Shown here: piece by piece, positions 1 through 9,133 of the stretch
How the letters are laid out: each line of letters opens with the position of its first letter
Position numbering within the stretch: position 1 is the stretch's first letter
The notes under the pieces: model-generated
What the model was told of the DNA's origin: nothing
Database searches by the model: none
The model's input: only the letters and a program-made list of their open reading frames with translations
DNA from: a virus
Taxonomy: Duplodnaviria; Caudoviricetes
Reading direction: 5' to 3' (one strand)
Virus record (IMG/VR): IMGVR_UViG_3300014775_000324
Location: 1-27,296 of that record
DNA length: 27,296 bases
Translations under genes and position numbers: made by a program

Positions 1-347
1 GAAGAAGCATCTAAATTAATAGTACCGCTTGTAGTAGATATATCTTGAATTGCAGTATATCTTGGTGCTAACTCATCGTGGTCTACAACATCTGCAGAAA
101 TACTTAAAACAGTTGAACCTGTTACGTCTCCTGTATGAGTAGCGTTAGGGGAATCATTTGTTATTGTTACATCACCTGTTGCTTGGTCTACTGAAATCCC
201 TGTACCTGCAATTATTGAACCTACATCCCCTGCATCATCATTGTACAGTTCGGTAAAGTTATCGTTGACTTTATCAAAGGCGGTTCTTAATGGGTCTCCT
301 GTTCCATCATTTGCCGAAGTACCTATGTTTATTGTTTGTTGTGCCAT
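1..347 (-). CDS. Fibre/baseplate-type virion protein with T4 gp9/gp10-like N-terminus (truncated by window edge)
   Basis: Not in ORF track. Manual translation from ATG 347: MAQQTINIGTSANDGTGDPLRTAFDKVNDNFTELY..., open to the edge. NIG..DGTGDxLRxAFxKxNxNFxELY matches the gp9/gp10 N-terminal motif. Confidence 0.75.
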   Translation of the reverse strand, partial: MAQQTINIGTSANDGTGDPLRTAFDKVNDNFTELYNDDAGDVGSIIAGTGISVDQATGDVTITNDSPNATHTGDVTGSTVLSISADVVDHDELAPRYTAIQDISTTSGTINLDAS

Positions 348-353
348 ATCTTT

Positions 354-557
354 TTAAAATTGTGTTGCATCTGCTTTTATACTTGTATTGTCTGCGCTTA
401 CTAAAGTGGTGTCAGCAAATAATAAACTACCATCAAAATTGAAAGGATATATAATACCCCAACTATTAGCTTCGTTTACATTACCTGCCCATACATCGTC
501 ATAAACTTCTCCCCAAGAGATGTTATTTCTTCCGTACCAATCTTCAATGTTTGCCAT
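354..557 (-). CDS. Small virion-module protein (67 aa), Trp/Gly N-half and ADxT repeats at C-terminus
   Basis: ORF track. Preceded by the late promoter motif (564-590). Ends FADTTLVSADNTSIKADATQF. Confidence 0.7.
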   Translation of the reverse strand: MANIEDWYGRNNISWGEVYDDVWAGNVNEANSWGIIYPFNFDGSLLFADTTLVSADNTSIKADATQF

Positions 558-660
558 ATATAGTACAATTACTTTTTTTGGTTTTTGTTATATAAGCTAA
601 ATACTGTTTTAACTTTATAACATTCTCTTGTTTTGGTTTATACTTTCTTACAGTACCCAT
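544..660 (-). CDS. Possible small basic protein (38 aa)
   Basis: Manual translation MGTVRKYKPKQENVIKLKQYLAYITKTKKSNCTIYGKH fills the gap between flanking genes but overlaps a promoter motif. Confidence 0.35.
   Translation of the reverse strand: MGTVRKYKPKQENVIKLKQYLAYITKTKKSNCTIYGKH
564..590 (-). promoter_or_regulatory. Putative late promoter TAACAAA-N14-ATTGTA
   Basis: Exact motif, 6 nt upstream of ATG 557. One of five perfect copies. Confidence 0.75.
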
Positions 661-1151
661 CCTTCAAAACTTGCATCTTTATCAGGATATACATCATCAT
701 TACTATTTGTGTAGTATTCAGGAAACTTACTACTTGCCTCAAAACTCATATAGTTAATGAATCTGTCTGTATAGTATTGTGCTACGTTTCTTTCTTTTTC
801 TATTAAGAAATCTACTTCATTCTTTTCTACGTTTGTAGCATTCTCTGAACCGTGCTTAAATATGCCTTTATTTGCTATTGTATAAGCCGCAAAGGGTAAG
901 TACTCAACTAATGCCCAATGTATCAGCATAGGCTTTATATGAGTGTTTACGAGCGTTAAATAATCTCCTGTTAAACTACTTGCTACAATATCAGCTTGAA
1001 TCTTGTTATAAAGGTCAGTTCCTAAATAGTTTTGGATATGTATATCTTGTGCTATCTTAATATACTGTAAGAACTTGTCCGTATCTACGTTTCCATTGAC
1101 AGAACTAAACTTTACTAAATCTTTTCTTGTTATGAATAATGCGTCTGCCAT
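648..1151 (-). CDS. Putative head-tail adaptor / neck protein
   Basis: 167-aa helical protein directly after portal. AQDIHIQNYLGTDLY motif resembles Bacteroidota phage adaptor (DUF6712-like). Confidence 0.6.
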   Translation of the reverse strand: MADALFITRKDLVKFSSVNGNVDTDKFLQYIKIAQDIHIQNYLGTDLYNKIQADIVASSLTGDYLTLVNTHIKPMLIHWALVEYLPFAAYTIANKGIFKHGSENATNVEKNEVDFLIEKERNVAQYYTDRFINYMSFEASSKFPEYYTNSNDDVYPDKDASFEGWVL

Positions 1152-1154
1152 ATC

Positions 1155-2876
1155 TTACTTATTTACAAATCCTTTATTAGGCATATCCACAGGTCGTTTA
1201 GCAACCTTTGGGTCATTAGTTTCAGGAGTAAATCCCTCTTTCTTTGCCTTGTTAACACTAATCTCTGCATTTGGGTTTGTAGCATCAGGTTTTACGTCAA
1301 CTGCCATATAAGTTTTACGCATCCAAAAATGATGACAAGCACCTCCACCTTTATATAACCATATATCGTAGGTAGCTGCTCCATTCAATCCCCATCCTGC
1401 ATTTACCGCTCTTTGGCTCATCTGCATTATATCTTCTTTGCGGTATATCTTTTTGGCATTTACCATTTTCTTGCAAAACTCTCTTGAATTAGTTTGTGTT
1501 TTTAATGGCGCATACTGATAACGCACCTTAAACTTCATATCCTCTACTTCCCCATCTTGCTCACTTGTAGCATTAGGTCTTGCAGTTCCTGTTGAAGCCA
1601 ATCCAATCATTTTGTCTAATGCTTCTTCTTGGTCATAGTCAACTTCTCTTTCGTCAACCAATACCCAATTCTCTAAATCTTCTTCTTCTCCAAACTCATC
1701 AAGCAAGTCAAACATTTTATTGTCATCAAACTCTGCGGACAATTTAACCCCTGTTTCTTCTTCTCTTGCTTCATCTGTAATAGCGTTGTCTGTTTCTATG
1801 AATGATAAAGGTTGAAGTGTCTTAAAATATAATTTAAGAGAAATACCGTTAACCGCTAAAATATCGTCTATATGCTCACATAATAGGTCTTGGTAGGGTT
1901 TTATAGTAATATTGTCAAAAAGTAGCGCAGCGGTCTTTATTTCGTCTGCATTTGACCCTAAACCATTGTTTTCTGTTCTAATTCCTAAAAGTAACGGACT
2001 TGTTACCCTATGAGCAACTATTAATTTGTTTGCACATTCTCTTGATAGGTATTCGTAGTGTTGTGGTGCATCATTTAATGGAATATCGTCAACTGTTGTT
2101 TTAGCTTCAGCGTTGTTGTTGAAAGCAATAATTACTTTCTCGCCTCTTGAACCTGTCAGCTTGTGCATTACATCGTTCTTAATCTGCATTTGCTTCTCAC
2201 GGTCAGGAACACCATTATTAAAGTTTACTACTTTTGTTCCGCTAAATCCATTTTGTACATCGTTAATTAAGTAGTCAGCTACCTCTGATTCTAATTCAGC
2301 GTAAGCCAATCCACCTTGATAATCTACAGGACAATAGTAATCGTACCCCGAAACATATTTCTTTACGATTTTAATTTCAGGTTCGTTACCGTTACCAAAT
2401 CCAAAAGCTGCAATACGTTGAGGTTTATCACTACGTTTTACATCTTTCCATTTAGGATGATAGTAATATGCTTCAATCTCTCCATCTTCGTTACACTTCT
2501 CTGCTCGTAAAGTTTGTCTTGGGAAGTGTTCGGCTCTTACTACTTGACCTTTTTTGTAAAGTACTTGAAAAGCACCTTCTCCTAATAGTTTAAGGTCTAA
2601 AGTTACTTTGCGTAAACAACTATCGTGGAAGATAGAACGCATAGCAGCATACTCATCAGGTTTTGAACTATTATCCAAAGCATCAAGACCTTTACCGTAA
2701 ATCATATTTGTAATACCGTTTATAATGGCATTATTTGTTGTGGATTCGGTATATAGGTCTATTAGGTAAGAATAATAATCGTTATCTTCTCCGTACTCAA
2801 CCCAATCTCTGTTTTTATCTTCAGATATTTTAGGTCTATTGTAAGAAGCTAAATTAACTATGTGTAAATTATCCAT
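1155..2876 (-). CDS. Portal protein with acidic linker and Cys/His C-terminal extension
   Basis: 573 aa. Portal-like core (LIVAHRVTSPLLLGI...LGSNADE...IKPYQ), then an acidic linker and a SREFCKKM...GGGACHHFW domain. Confidence 0.85.
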   Translation of the reverse strand: MDNLHIVNLASYNRPKISEDKNRDWVEYGEDNDYYSYLIDLYTESTTNNAIINGITNMIYGKGLDALDNSSKPDEYAAMRSIFHDSCLRKVTLDLKLLGEGAFQVLYKKGQVVRAEHFPRQTLRAEKCNEDGEIEAYYYHPKWKDVKRSDKPQRIAAFGFGNGNEPEIKIVKKYVSGYDYYCPVDYQGGLAYAELESEVADYLINDVQNGFSGTKVVNFNNGVPDREKQMQIKNDVMHKLTGSRGEKVIIAFNNNAEAKTTVDDIPLNDAPQHYEYLSRECANKLIVAHRVTSPLLLGIRTENNGLGSNADEIKTAALLFDNITIKPYQDLLCEHIDDILAVNGISLKLYFKTLQPLSFIETDNAITDEAREEETGVKLSAEFDDNKMFDLLDEFGEEEDLENWVLVDEREVDYDQEEALDKMIGLASTGTARPNATSEQDGEVEDMKFKVRYQYAPLKTQTNSREFCKKMVNAKKIYRKEDIMQMSQRAVNAGWGLNGAATYDIWLYKGGGACHHFWMRKTYMAVDVKPDATNPNAEISVNKAKKEGFTPETNDPKVAKRPVDMPNKGFVNK

Positions 2877-3220
2877 TAGAATGTAATAAATTCGTTATCT
2901 GTATCATTGGCAATAAAAGCACCACTATTAATAGTATAATCTGTTAAGTCAGCTTGATTAGTACAAAAGATTTTGTCTTTATGTATTACCTCACTACCTT
3001 CTTTAATAGTTAGCGTGTAGGTTTCATCTTCTTTCAAATTAAACACCGCAGTATAAGTATTATAATACAGTTGTTCCGCTATAGATGTAGTATCTACGTT
3101 GTGTACTTCTGTATTTGTGGTTTCGTTTATAACAGTTACGTTATAAGTATTCCCACTTGTAAACTTTCTTGGTATTAAATTAATAGTTTGTGCTGATGCA
3201 CTTTCTTCTAATACAATCAT
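2876..3220 (-). CDS. Hypothetical virion protein (beta-rich, possible head closure)
   Basis: 114-aa ORF coupled to the portal start (TAATG), with late promoter motif upstream. Confidence 0.6.
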   Translation of the reverse strand: MIVLEESASAQTINLIPRKFTSGNTYNVTVINETTNTEVHNVDTTSIAEQLYYNTYTAVFNLKEDETYTLTIKEGSEVIHKDKIFCTNQADLTDYTINSGAFIANDTDNEFITF

Positions 3221-3225
3221 ATTTA

Positions 3226-3252
3226 TACAATAAAAAAACTTTGAATTTGTTA
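3226..3252 (-). promoter_or_regulatory. Putative late promoter TAACAAA-N14-ATTGTA
   Basis: Exact motif, 5 nt upstream of ATG 3220. Confidence 0.75.
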
Positions 3253-3264
3253 TTTCTATAAAAC

Positions 3265-3291
3265 AAAAAAGGGCAGCATATAGCCACCCTT
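3265..3291 (-). terminator. Rho-independent terminator after tail tube gene
   Basis: AAGGGTGGC-TATAT-GCTGCCCTT hairpin followed by a T-run on the minus strand. Confidence 0.8.
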
Positions 3292-3312
3292 CTCAATCAA
3301 ATGAAATCTCTA

Positions 3313-3861
3313 TTAAGAGTTTGTTCCTTCTGTAATAGTATCAGTAGCTGAAACCATTCCTGCGAATGGGTCTCCTGCAGTTGCACCTGATACAAAGTTA
3401 GCAGGTTTCAATTCTTGTGCCGCTAATGTTAAGGTATATCCTGAAAGGTCTCCCATAGCCGCTCCTGTAGAAATTGTACCTCCTGTTACTTCAGCACCGT
3501 GTTCAAGACCCATAATAAATACATTACCGTTGTAATCTTCAACAGCAACGTGAGGTCTACCGTATGCTAATAGTTTTAATTCTTTGTTATCTTCTTTAGA
3601 CAGCTTTTTAAGCGTAAGGTTTAAAGTTTGCTCAAAGAAAGTCGTTCCGTTTTCTCTTGATGAGGTAATAGTTTGCTCAAAGCTACTATTTCCTTTTAAT
3701 TCATATTTGTATGCAGTAAAAGTACCTGCTATATCAGTAATTTCGTCATCTGTTTGTGTTACCGTTCCGTAATCTCCGAAATCAGTAAAGTAAACAGCTT
3801 TTAGACCACCAACTACGTCTTTACAAGGTTCTTTTCTACCACGAGTTAAATCACAAGCCAT
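3313..3861 (-). CDS. Major tail tube protein
   Basis: 182 aa, Thr/Gly-rich beta protein (C..VGGLKAVYF, SRENGTTFFEQTL, GDLSGYTLT) after the capsid gene, flanked by terminators. Confidence 0.7.
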   Translation of the reverse strand: MACDLTRGRKEPCKDVVGGLKAVYFTDFGDYGTVTQTDDEITDIAGTFTAYKYELKGNSSFEQTITSSRENGTTFFEQTLNLTLKKLSKEDNKELKLLAYGRPHVAVEDYNGNVFIMGLEHGAEVTGGTISTGAAMGDLSGYTLTLAAQELKPANFVSGATAGDPFAGMVSATDTITEGTNS

Positions 3862-3874
3862 ATTTTATTGTATT

Positions 3875-3909
3875 AAAAAAGGGTAGGCAGATATAAAACC
3901 ACCTACCCT
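3875..3909 (-). terminator. Rho-independent terminator after major capsid gene
   Basis: AGGGTAGG...CCTACCCT stem followed by a T-run on the minus strand. Confidence 0.8.
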
Positions 3910-3930
3910 CTTATATTAGTTATTCAGTTA

Positions 3931-4884
3931 TTAGTTAGCAGAGTTAGTGATACCGTAAGTTACGATGTCATCAACAATACCATATTGTACACCTGCAGTA
4001 AATCTCATTACCACACGGATGTTGTCAGAACCATCAAGGTCGCTCATATCTAATACTTTTACTTCATTGTGGTCAGCTAATAGACCTGTACCAAAGAATA
4101 AGTTAGATTTTTCAGCAGCCATAGCTGTGTTGTCAGCAAGACCGTTAGCTACAAAGATTTTAACTCCATCAAAAGTTAAAGAACCGTTGTTCCACCATTG
4201 AGTACCCATAGCGTTTGTACCATTAGCACCAAGTCCTGAAGAACCAAATCCTCCTAATGCACGAACGTATGCTCTTGCAATGTTTTGAGAAACGTAAACG
4301 TTCAAATCCTCACTTCCGTAAAGTGCAGAAGGGATAGCATCTACGATTTTACCTAATTCAGTAATTACGTTAGAAGCAGTTACTGTAGTTCCTGCAACTT
4401 CTTGTGCGGCAGGTAATGCTGCATCAGTTGCAATTTGAGTAGTAAGACCATCAAACTGTCCTGAAGTTGAAGTATCTCCTGCCCAAATAGAGTTTTCAGT
4501 TCTTTGTGCAACTTTAGCTGCAACGTGAGCAATTAAGAAATCAGAAAATGCAGGAGGTAAATCGTGATGTGCAGAATACCCCATTTGTACTGCTTCCCAA
4601 TCAGAGATAAAATCTTTCTTACAAAGTTGTAAGTTCACTTGCTGAAATTCAGGTTGTAAAACTCTTTCTGTAAGAGTAACTGTAGAAGTAGCTGTAAAGT
4701 CGCAAGAAGCATCTTTTACGATGTCATCTGTAGATACTTTTTTGATTACTTCTTTAAATTTAACGTTAGGTTTAACTGTAATCCCTCCGTTTTCAATAGT
4801 TGAAGCACTTAATAGAGCAGCAGAAATATACTGTCCTGCAAACTCACCTGCATAAGTACTTGTAATAGATGTAGTTGTTGCCAT
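3931..4884 (-). CDS. Major capsid protein (HK97 fold)
   Basis: 317 aa, ENSIWAGD...FDGL motif, downstream of acidic scaffold, followed by a terminator. Confidence 0.88.
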   Translation of the reverse strand: MATTTSITSTYAGEFAGQYISAALLSASTIENGGITVKPNVKFKEVIKKVSTDDIVKDASCDFTATSTVTLTERVLQPEFQQVNLQLCKKDFISDWEAVQMGYSAHHDLPPAFSDFLIAHVAAKVAQRTENSIWAGDTSTSGQFDGLTTQIATDAALPAAQEVAGTTVTASNVITELGKIVDAIPSALYGSEDLNVYVSQNIARAYVRALGGFGSSGLGANGTNAMGTQWWNNGSLTFDGVKIFVANGLADNTAMAAEKSNLFFGTGLLADHNEVKVLDMSDLDGSDNIRVVMRFTAGVQYGIVDDIVTYGITNSAN

Positions 4885-4896
4885 TTTTATTAATTA

Positions 4897-5505
4897 TTAT
4901 TTTTTAATGTTTGCAATTTTTGAAAATACTCTATCCATAGTAGTCGCTTGTCTTTTTTGACCATATAGATTGATATTTACTTTTTGTTCCTTTTCAGGAT
5001 TATGAGTGATTTTAGCTACAGGTTCTTCAGCAGATAATTCTACTTCTTCTTCTTTAACTTCCTCACTTAATTCTTCTTTGGGTTCTTCAACTTCTTCAGA
5101 ACTCATCTCTTCTTTAGGCTCAAGCATAGCTTTGATTTCTTCAATCATTTCTTTAACCTCTGCAAGTTCTTCTTTAGTTGCATATCCCATTTCTTCTTCC
5201 TCTGCAGCTTCTACTTCTTCAGATGCTTCCGCTTCTTCTTGTTCTGCTGCCCCTATAGAAGCAATAATACCCTCTTCTTCTACTTTTAGCATTTCGCCAT
5301 CTTCAAGAGTGTACTCGCCTACAGGTAGTGCTACCTTTTCATCTTCTGTTACGATGAACACTTCACTTCCTGCAGCGAAATCTTCACTTTCAATAACAGT
5401 TCCGTTTTCCAAAGTAGCTTGTGCTAATTTTACTTCTTGGGTTTCTTCATTTAGTTCCACTCCAAGAACTTCTTTTACTTTGTTTAACATATCTGTCGCT
5501 TTCAT
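4897..5505 (-). CDS. Capsid scaffolding protein
   Basis: 202 aa, very Glu-rich, LPVGEYTLEDG motif, directly upstream of the capsid gene. Confidence 0.7.
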   Translation of the reverse strand: MKATDMLNKVKEVLGVELNEETQEVKLAQATLENGTVIESEDFAAGSEVFIVTEDEKVALPVGEYTLEDGEMLKVEEEGIIASIGAAEQEEAEASEEVEAAEEEEMGYATKEELAEVKEMIEEIKAMLEPKEEMSSEEVEEPKEELSEEVKEEEVELSAEEPVAKITHNPEKEQKVNINLYGQKRQATTMDRVFSKIANIKK

Positions 5506-5523
5506 ATAAATTGAATATAATTA

Positions 5524-5550
5524 TACAATAACTTATTAATTACTTTGTTA
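5524..5550 (-). promoter_or_regulatory. Putative late promoter TAACAAA-N14-ATTGTA (scaffold/capsid operon)
   Basis: Exact motif, 18 nt upstream of ATG 5505. Confidence 0.75.
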
Positions 5551-5555
5551 TATTT

Positions 5556-5702
5556 TTACTCTGTGCCTGTAATGTTACCTATTCCTTGTGCTTGGAAACT
5601 TCCATCACAACACTTTCTTGAATAAGTTTTACCATCTTTACACAAACATCCTCTTCTGTCGTTTTGTGGACTTGGGTTTCTATCGGTTCTTTCTTTTCTC
5701 AT
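5556..5702 (-). CDS. Small Cys-rich protein (48 aa)
   Basis: Not in ORF track. MRKERTDRNPSPQNDRRGCLCKDGKTYSRKCCDGSFQAQGIGNITGTE. Start overlaps the upstream stop (TAATG) and it fills the gap. Confidence 0.7.
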   Translation of the reverse strand: MRKERTDRNPSPQNDRRGCLCKDGKTYSRKCCDGSFQAQGIGNITGTE

Positions 5703-6340
5703 TAGCTAAAGTCAGCGTTTTGTGTTCGTTGTATAAAATATATAATATCCCATATCTTTGCACTTCCTCCATTAGAAGTTATTTTCCAATCAGTACCATT
5801 TGTTACAAAATCAGCATCTGTATAATATTGGAACATTTGATGAAAGTCGTGTGATATATTGTTTCCTTTAGGGAAATTAATATCACTTCTTATTCTATCG
5901 TATGGTGTACCGTTACCTCCTTCAAAATGTAAACTTAAATATGTTTGGTTAGCGTTTGCTGCTGAACATCTAAATACTACCGTAATTTGGTAAACATCGT
6001 TTTCATTTATAGCTAACACTTTATTAGTAGTACCATTATAAAAGGTAATTGAAGGATGACTTCTGTAAACCGCTCCTGCGTTATTAGGTAATACAACCTC
6101 AACACCATCTGCTAAAGTTAATTTATTAGATGAGGTGTAAGTAGTATCATCGTATCTTGCCCAACCATTTACAGTTATAACATTTTGTGGATATACTACT
6201 ACGTTGTTATTGTTATGACCCATATAAAGGGCATCTGTAGTATGTAGCATTGCTCCATCTTCAATATTAACAGCATCAACCTCTGTTTGGTCGGTGTGTT
6301 GAACGTGGACTTTGTAAGATGTGTTTTTTAATACTGCCAT
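5702..6340 (-). CDS. Hypothetical beta-rich virion protein (possible head decoration/spike)
   Basis: 212-aa ORF coupled to the protease gene. Beta-strand-rich C-terminal region. Confidence 0.55.
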   Translation of the reverse strand: MAVLKNTSYKVHVQHTDQTEVDAVNIEDGAMLHTTDALYMGHNNNNVVVYPQNVITVNGWARYDDTTYTSSNKLTLADGVEVVLPNNAGAVYRSHPSITFYNGTTNKVLAINENDVYQITVVFRCSAANANQTYLSLHFEGGNGTPYDRIRSDINFPKGNNISHDFHQMFQYYTDADFVTNGTDWKITSNGGSAKIWDIIYFIQRTQNADFS

Positions 6341-7353
6341 TAGTCAATAGGTACACAATTAGGAACTCGTCTACCGTTTTTTATTTTAAACCCTATCATT
6401 TCATATCCTGCTTGGCAAGGTTCTTTTAGAGATGCTTCTAATAGGTCTAATTCTCTTAATTTAGCGCCTGCCCAACGTAATCCTGCCTTTCCTCCCCACA
6501 ATAAGTAAGAAATAGTACCACACGCCTCTGTATCTCCTTCATCGTAATACTCTTCTGCTCTTGATAGGTAACTAAACATTCTTTTGATTGTTTCTACAGT
6601 AACCGCCTCTTTCTTTGCTAATTGTTGCGCTCTTACTTTACCTACTTGGGTAGCACACTTGTTATTGACTTTTTCGTTTAATTCAATACCACGTTTAGCG
6701 TTGTTAGAAACAGCATCAGGATAATCAGCATACGATTCAAGTTCTTCTCCTTTTAGTATTTGTTTTAGTTCAGTAACTAATGCTTCAGCTTCTTCCTCTT
6801 CTAATTTAGCTAATTCGTCTTTTATACTTTTGTCTTTAGGCCTTTCTGCTTTGTCAGCAAAATATCCTTCTATAGAGAATCCTTTTACCTTGCCTGTTTT
6901 AACGTAATTGTTCCAAATATCATCATTGAGAACCTTCATAGAAACCATCCAAGTTCCAAGAGGCACTTCCATATCGTACATTCTTGTTTTATCTTTTTCT
7001 TTGTCCTCAACAATCCAAGATTCAACAACACTTAAACCTGTAAGAGGCATTTGGTGTTCTAATGTACTTTTGTTTTGGTTTCCGTTTATAAAGAATAACT
7101 CACTTGCTTTTCTTACCGTATCTCTTGAGAAATAAATGTAATATTCATTGTCCTCATTTCTACGGTAAATAGGTTTGTTAGGAATTAAAGCCGCGCCCAT
7201 TAAGATACGCTTTTCCTTATCTACTTCTGCAAGTTTAAACTCTTGGTTTTTAAGTGCTATAAAATCTTCCTCTATGGCAGGACTTTCAACAACAGATATT
7301 GCTTCAATCCCTATAGCATCTTCTTCATCTAAAATAAGTTCTACTATGTTCAT
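6340..7353 (-). CDS. Prohead protease (XkdF-like serine protease) with C-terminal extra domains
   Basis: EKRILMGAALIP, TLEH, VVESW, GTWMVSMKV, GKVKGFSIEG motifs of the XkdF/S78-like protease, plus about 130 aa of extension. Confidence 0.8.
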   Translation of the reverse strand: MNIVELILDEEDAIGIEAISVVESPAIEEDFIALKNQEFKLAEVDKEKRILMGAALIPNKPIYRRNEDNEYYIYFSRDTVRKASELFFINGNQNKSTLEHQMPLTGLSVVESWIVEDKEKDKTRMYDMEVPLGTWMVSMKVLNDDIWNNYVKTGKVKGFSIEGYFADKAERPKDKSIKDELAKLEEEEAEALVTELKQILKGEELESYADYPDAVSNNAKRGIELNEKVNNKCATQVGKVRAQQLAKKEAVTVETIKRMFSYLSRAEEYYDEGDTEACGTISYLLWGGKAGLRWAGAKLRELDLLEASLKEPCQAGYEMIGFKIKNGRRVPNCVPID

Positions 7354-7358
7354 ATTAA

Positions 7359-7385
7359 TACAATAGTTTTTTGAGTAATTTGTTA
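7359..7385 (-). promoter_or_regulatory. Putative late promoter TAACAAA-N14-ATTGTA
   Basis: Exact motif, 5 nt upstream of ATG 7353. Its upstream box overlaps the tape measure stop codon. Confidence 0.75.
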
Positions 7386-9002
7386 CCCTATTGATGCACC
7401 TTCTGTTATTTTTCTATCAAGTGCTTGTTGGTTGGTTACATCATCTCCTACGACGTATGCTTTAATAGGTCTTTCTTCTCTTTCTCCTAATGTTTGTGCT
7501 AATTGGTTTTCAGGAGACGCGCCTACTACATTAAATGCAGGTGCTTGTGGTGCGCTTGGTGTGGAAATTGTACCTCCACCTGTTGCTCCACCTGCTGCTC
7601 CACCGATTGTACTTTTAGCCGCATTAACAGCACTTCTAATAGATGATATAATACCTGCTGCCTGCGCTGCAAATATTGCTATATTAATTAAGTTAGCAGG
7701 AGGCGGTGCTGATGCCGCTGCCTTTGCTCCACCTGCCGCTAAATCAACTGAACCTTCTGCACTTTTATTTAATATTTTTTGTAGTGTTACTTTTGCCGCC
7801 ATTACCTGCTCTTGAATCATCATAGCTTGTTTGGCTAAAAACAATGCCTTACCCAATTTAGTTTCTTCTCCTGCTGCTTCAATAGAGGCATCTAAAGCAC
7901 CATATATAGACGCTTTTTTCTGTTGTTCAAGTTCTATTTCTTTTTGTTTCTTTTCTTCTAATCTTTCAAGTTCTGCTTCATCAGCTTCTTTCTTTAAATC
8001 TGCTGCTTCACGTTCTAAAGATATACGATTAGATATTTGTTCTGAACGAAATCCTTCTATTTGTGCAAGTACAGCTTCTCTTTCGTTTTGTGCTTCAAGT
8101 AAAGCTATATAATTTTCTTGGTTTTGGTTCTTGTCGTATTCTGCTTGTGCCGCTCTAATCGTAATATCTACGTTCTCAAGCATCTTCTCTGCTTGTTCGT
8201 CTAATATCTCCCCTAAACGATTATTAGCCGCTATACGCTCTTCTATGGTCTTTGTCTCGTCATCTCTTAACTGTCTTTGTTGTTCAGCTTGTCTATCGTA
8301 CTTTTCAATAAGACCTTGATTGATGACTGCAGCTATCTCTGCTTGTTTGTTTAATTCTACTGTGTTTTTTGCCGCATCTAATGTAGATTTAGCATAATCA
8401 GTTATACTACTTACTACAGTAGGTACTACTTCTGCTACTTTGTCAAATGTATTATTGACTCCTGTTACTACATCAAATAATTCTTTACCTGCACTCTTTG
8501 CACTTTCTGCTGCGCCTGCAAAATCTCCACTAAAAACCTTTACAACAGCATCTCCTAAAAATCCTAAAGCATCTAATGCACTTTTAACTCTTTCTATTAC
8601 ATTGTCTAATAGTGCTTGACCAAAGTTCTTTATGGCTTGTGTAGGGTTGTTAAATAGACCTTTAAAATAGTCAATTACAGTTCCTACGTTTCTATCAAGG
8701 AATTTAAAGAAATCATTAAAGGCTAAACTTAATACCTCAAAGGTTGTGTTGAAAGCATCTGCTACTTTTTGGTTTTGATTAAATACCTCTGCTAACTTTG
8801 CAAAAGCTGCTACTGCTAAACCAATACCTGCAGCTTTAAGTGCGTTGCCAATGCCCTTTACTCCTTTAGCTACACCACCTGTGCTTTCTTTTACTTCTTC
8901 AAGGTTATTATCTATACGCTGTACGCTTTTCGCTACACCATCTAAATCTTTTTGTGCCTTGTCTACTTTAGCTTCTAATTCTATTGTCTTTTTAACTGCC
9001 AT
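7383..9002 (-). CDS. Tail tape measure protein
   Basis: 539 aa, Ala/Gly/Lys-rich helical with coiled coil and hydrophobic segments. C-terminal IKAYVVGDDVTNQQ. Confidence 0.82.
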   Translation of the reverse strand: MAVKKTIELEAKVDKAQKDLDGVAKSVQRIDNNLEEVKESTGGVAKGVKGIGNALKAAGIGLAVAAFAKLAEVFNQNQKVADAFNTTFEVLSLAFNDFFKFLDRNVGTVIDYFKGLFNNPTQAIKNFGQALLDNVIERVKSALDALGFLGDAVVKVFSGDFAGAAESAKSAGKELFDVVTGVNNTFDKVAEVVPTVVSSITDYAKSTLDAAKNTVELNKQAEIAAVINQGLIEKYDRQAEQQRQLRDDETKTIEERIAANNRLGEILDEQAEKMLENVDITIRAAQAEYDKNQNQENYIALLEAQNEREAVLAQIEGFRSEQISNRISLEREAADLKKEADEAELERLEEKKQKEIELEQQKKASIYGALDASIEAAGEETKLGKALFLAKQAMMIQEQVMAAKVTLQKILNKSAEGSVDLAAGGAKAAASAPPPANLINIAIFAAQAAGIISSIRSAVNAAKSTIGGAAGGATGGGTISTPSAPQAPAFNVVGASPENQLAQTLGEREERPIKAYVVGDDVTNQQALDRKITEGASIG

Positions 9003-9133
9003 TGTGTAAATTGTTTGTATGCTTCTTTTATAGATTCAGGATATTTGTTTTTACCTAAAGCTATATCTATGTGTTGTCCTTTCCATTTCTCGCTTCTTGC
9101 GAACTCCAATAAATCTAAAATATTACTAATCAT
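8981..9133 (-). CDS. Small hypothetical protein (50 aa)
   Basis: Not in ORF track. MISNILDLLEFARSEKWKGQHIDIALGKNKYPESIKEAYKQFTQWQLKRQ fills the gap and overlaps both neighbours. Confidence 0.6.
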   Translation of the reverse strand: MISNILDLLEFARSEKWKGQHIDIALGKNKYPESIKEAYKQFTQWQLKRQ

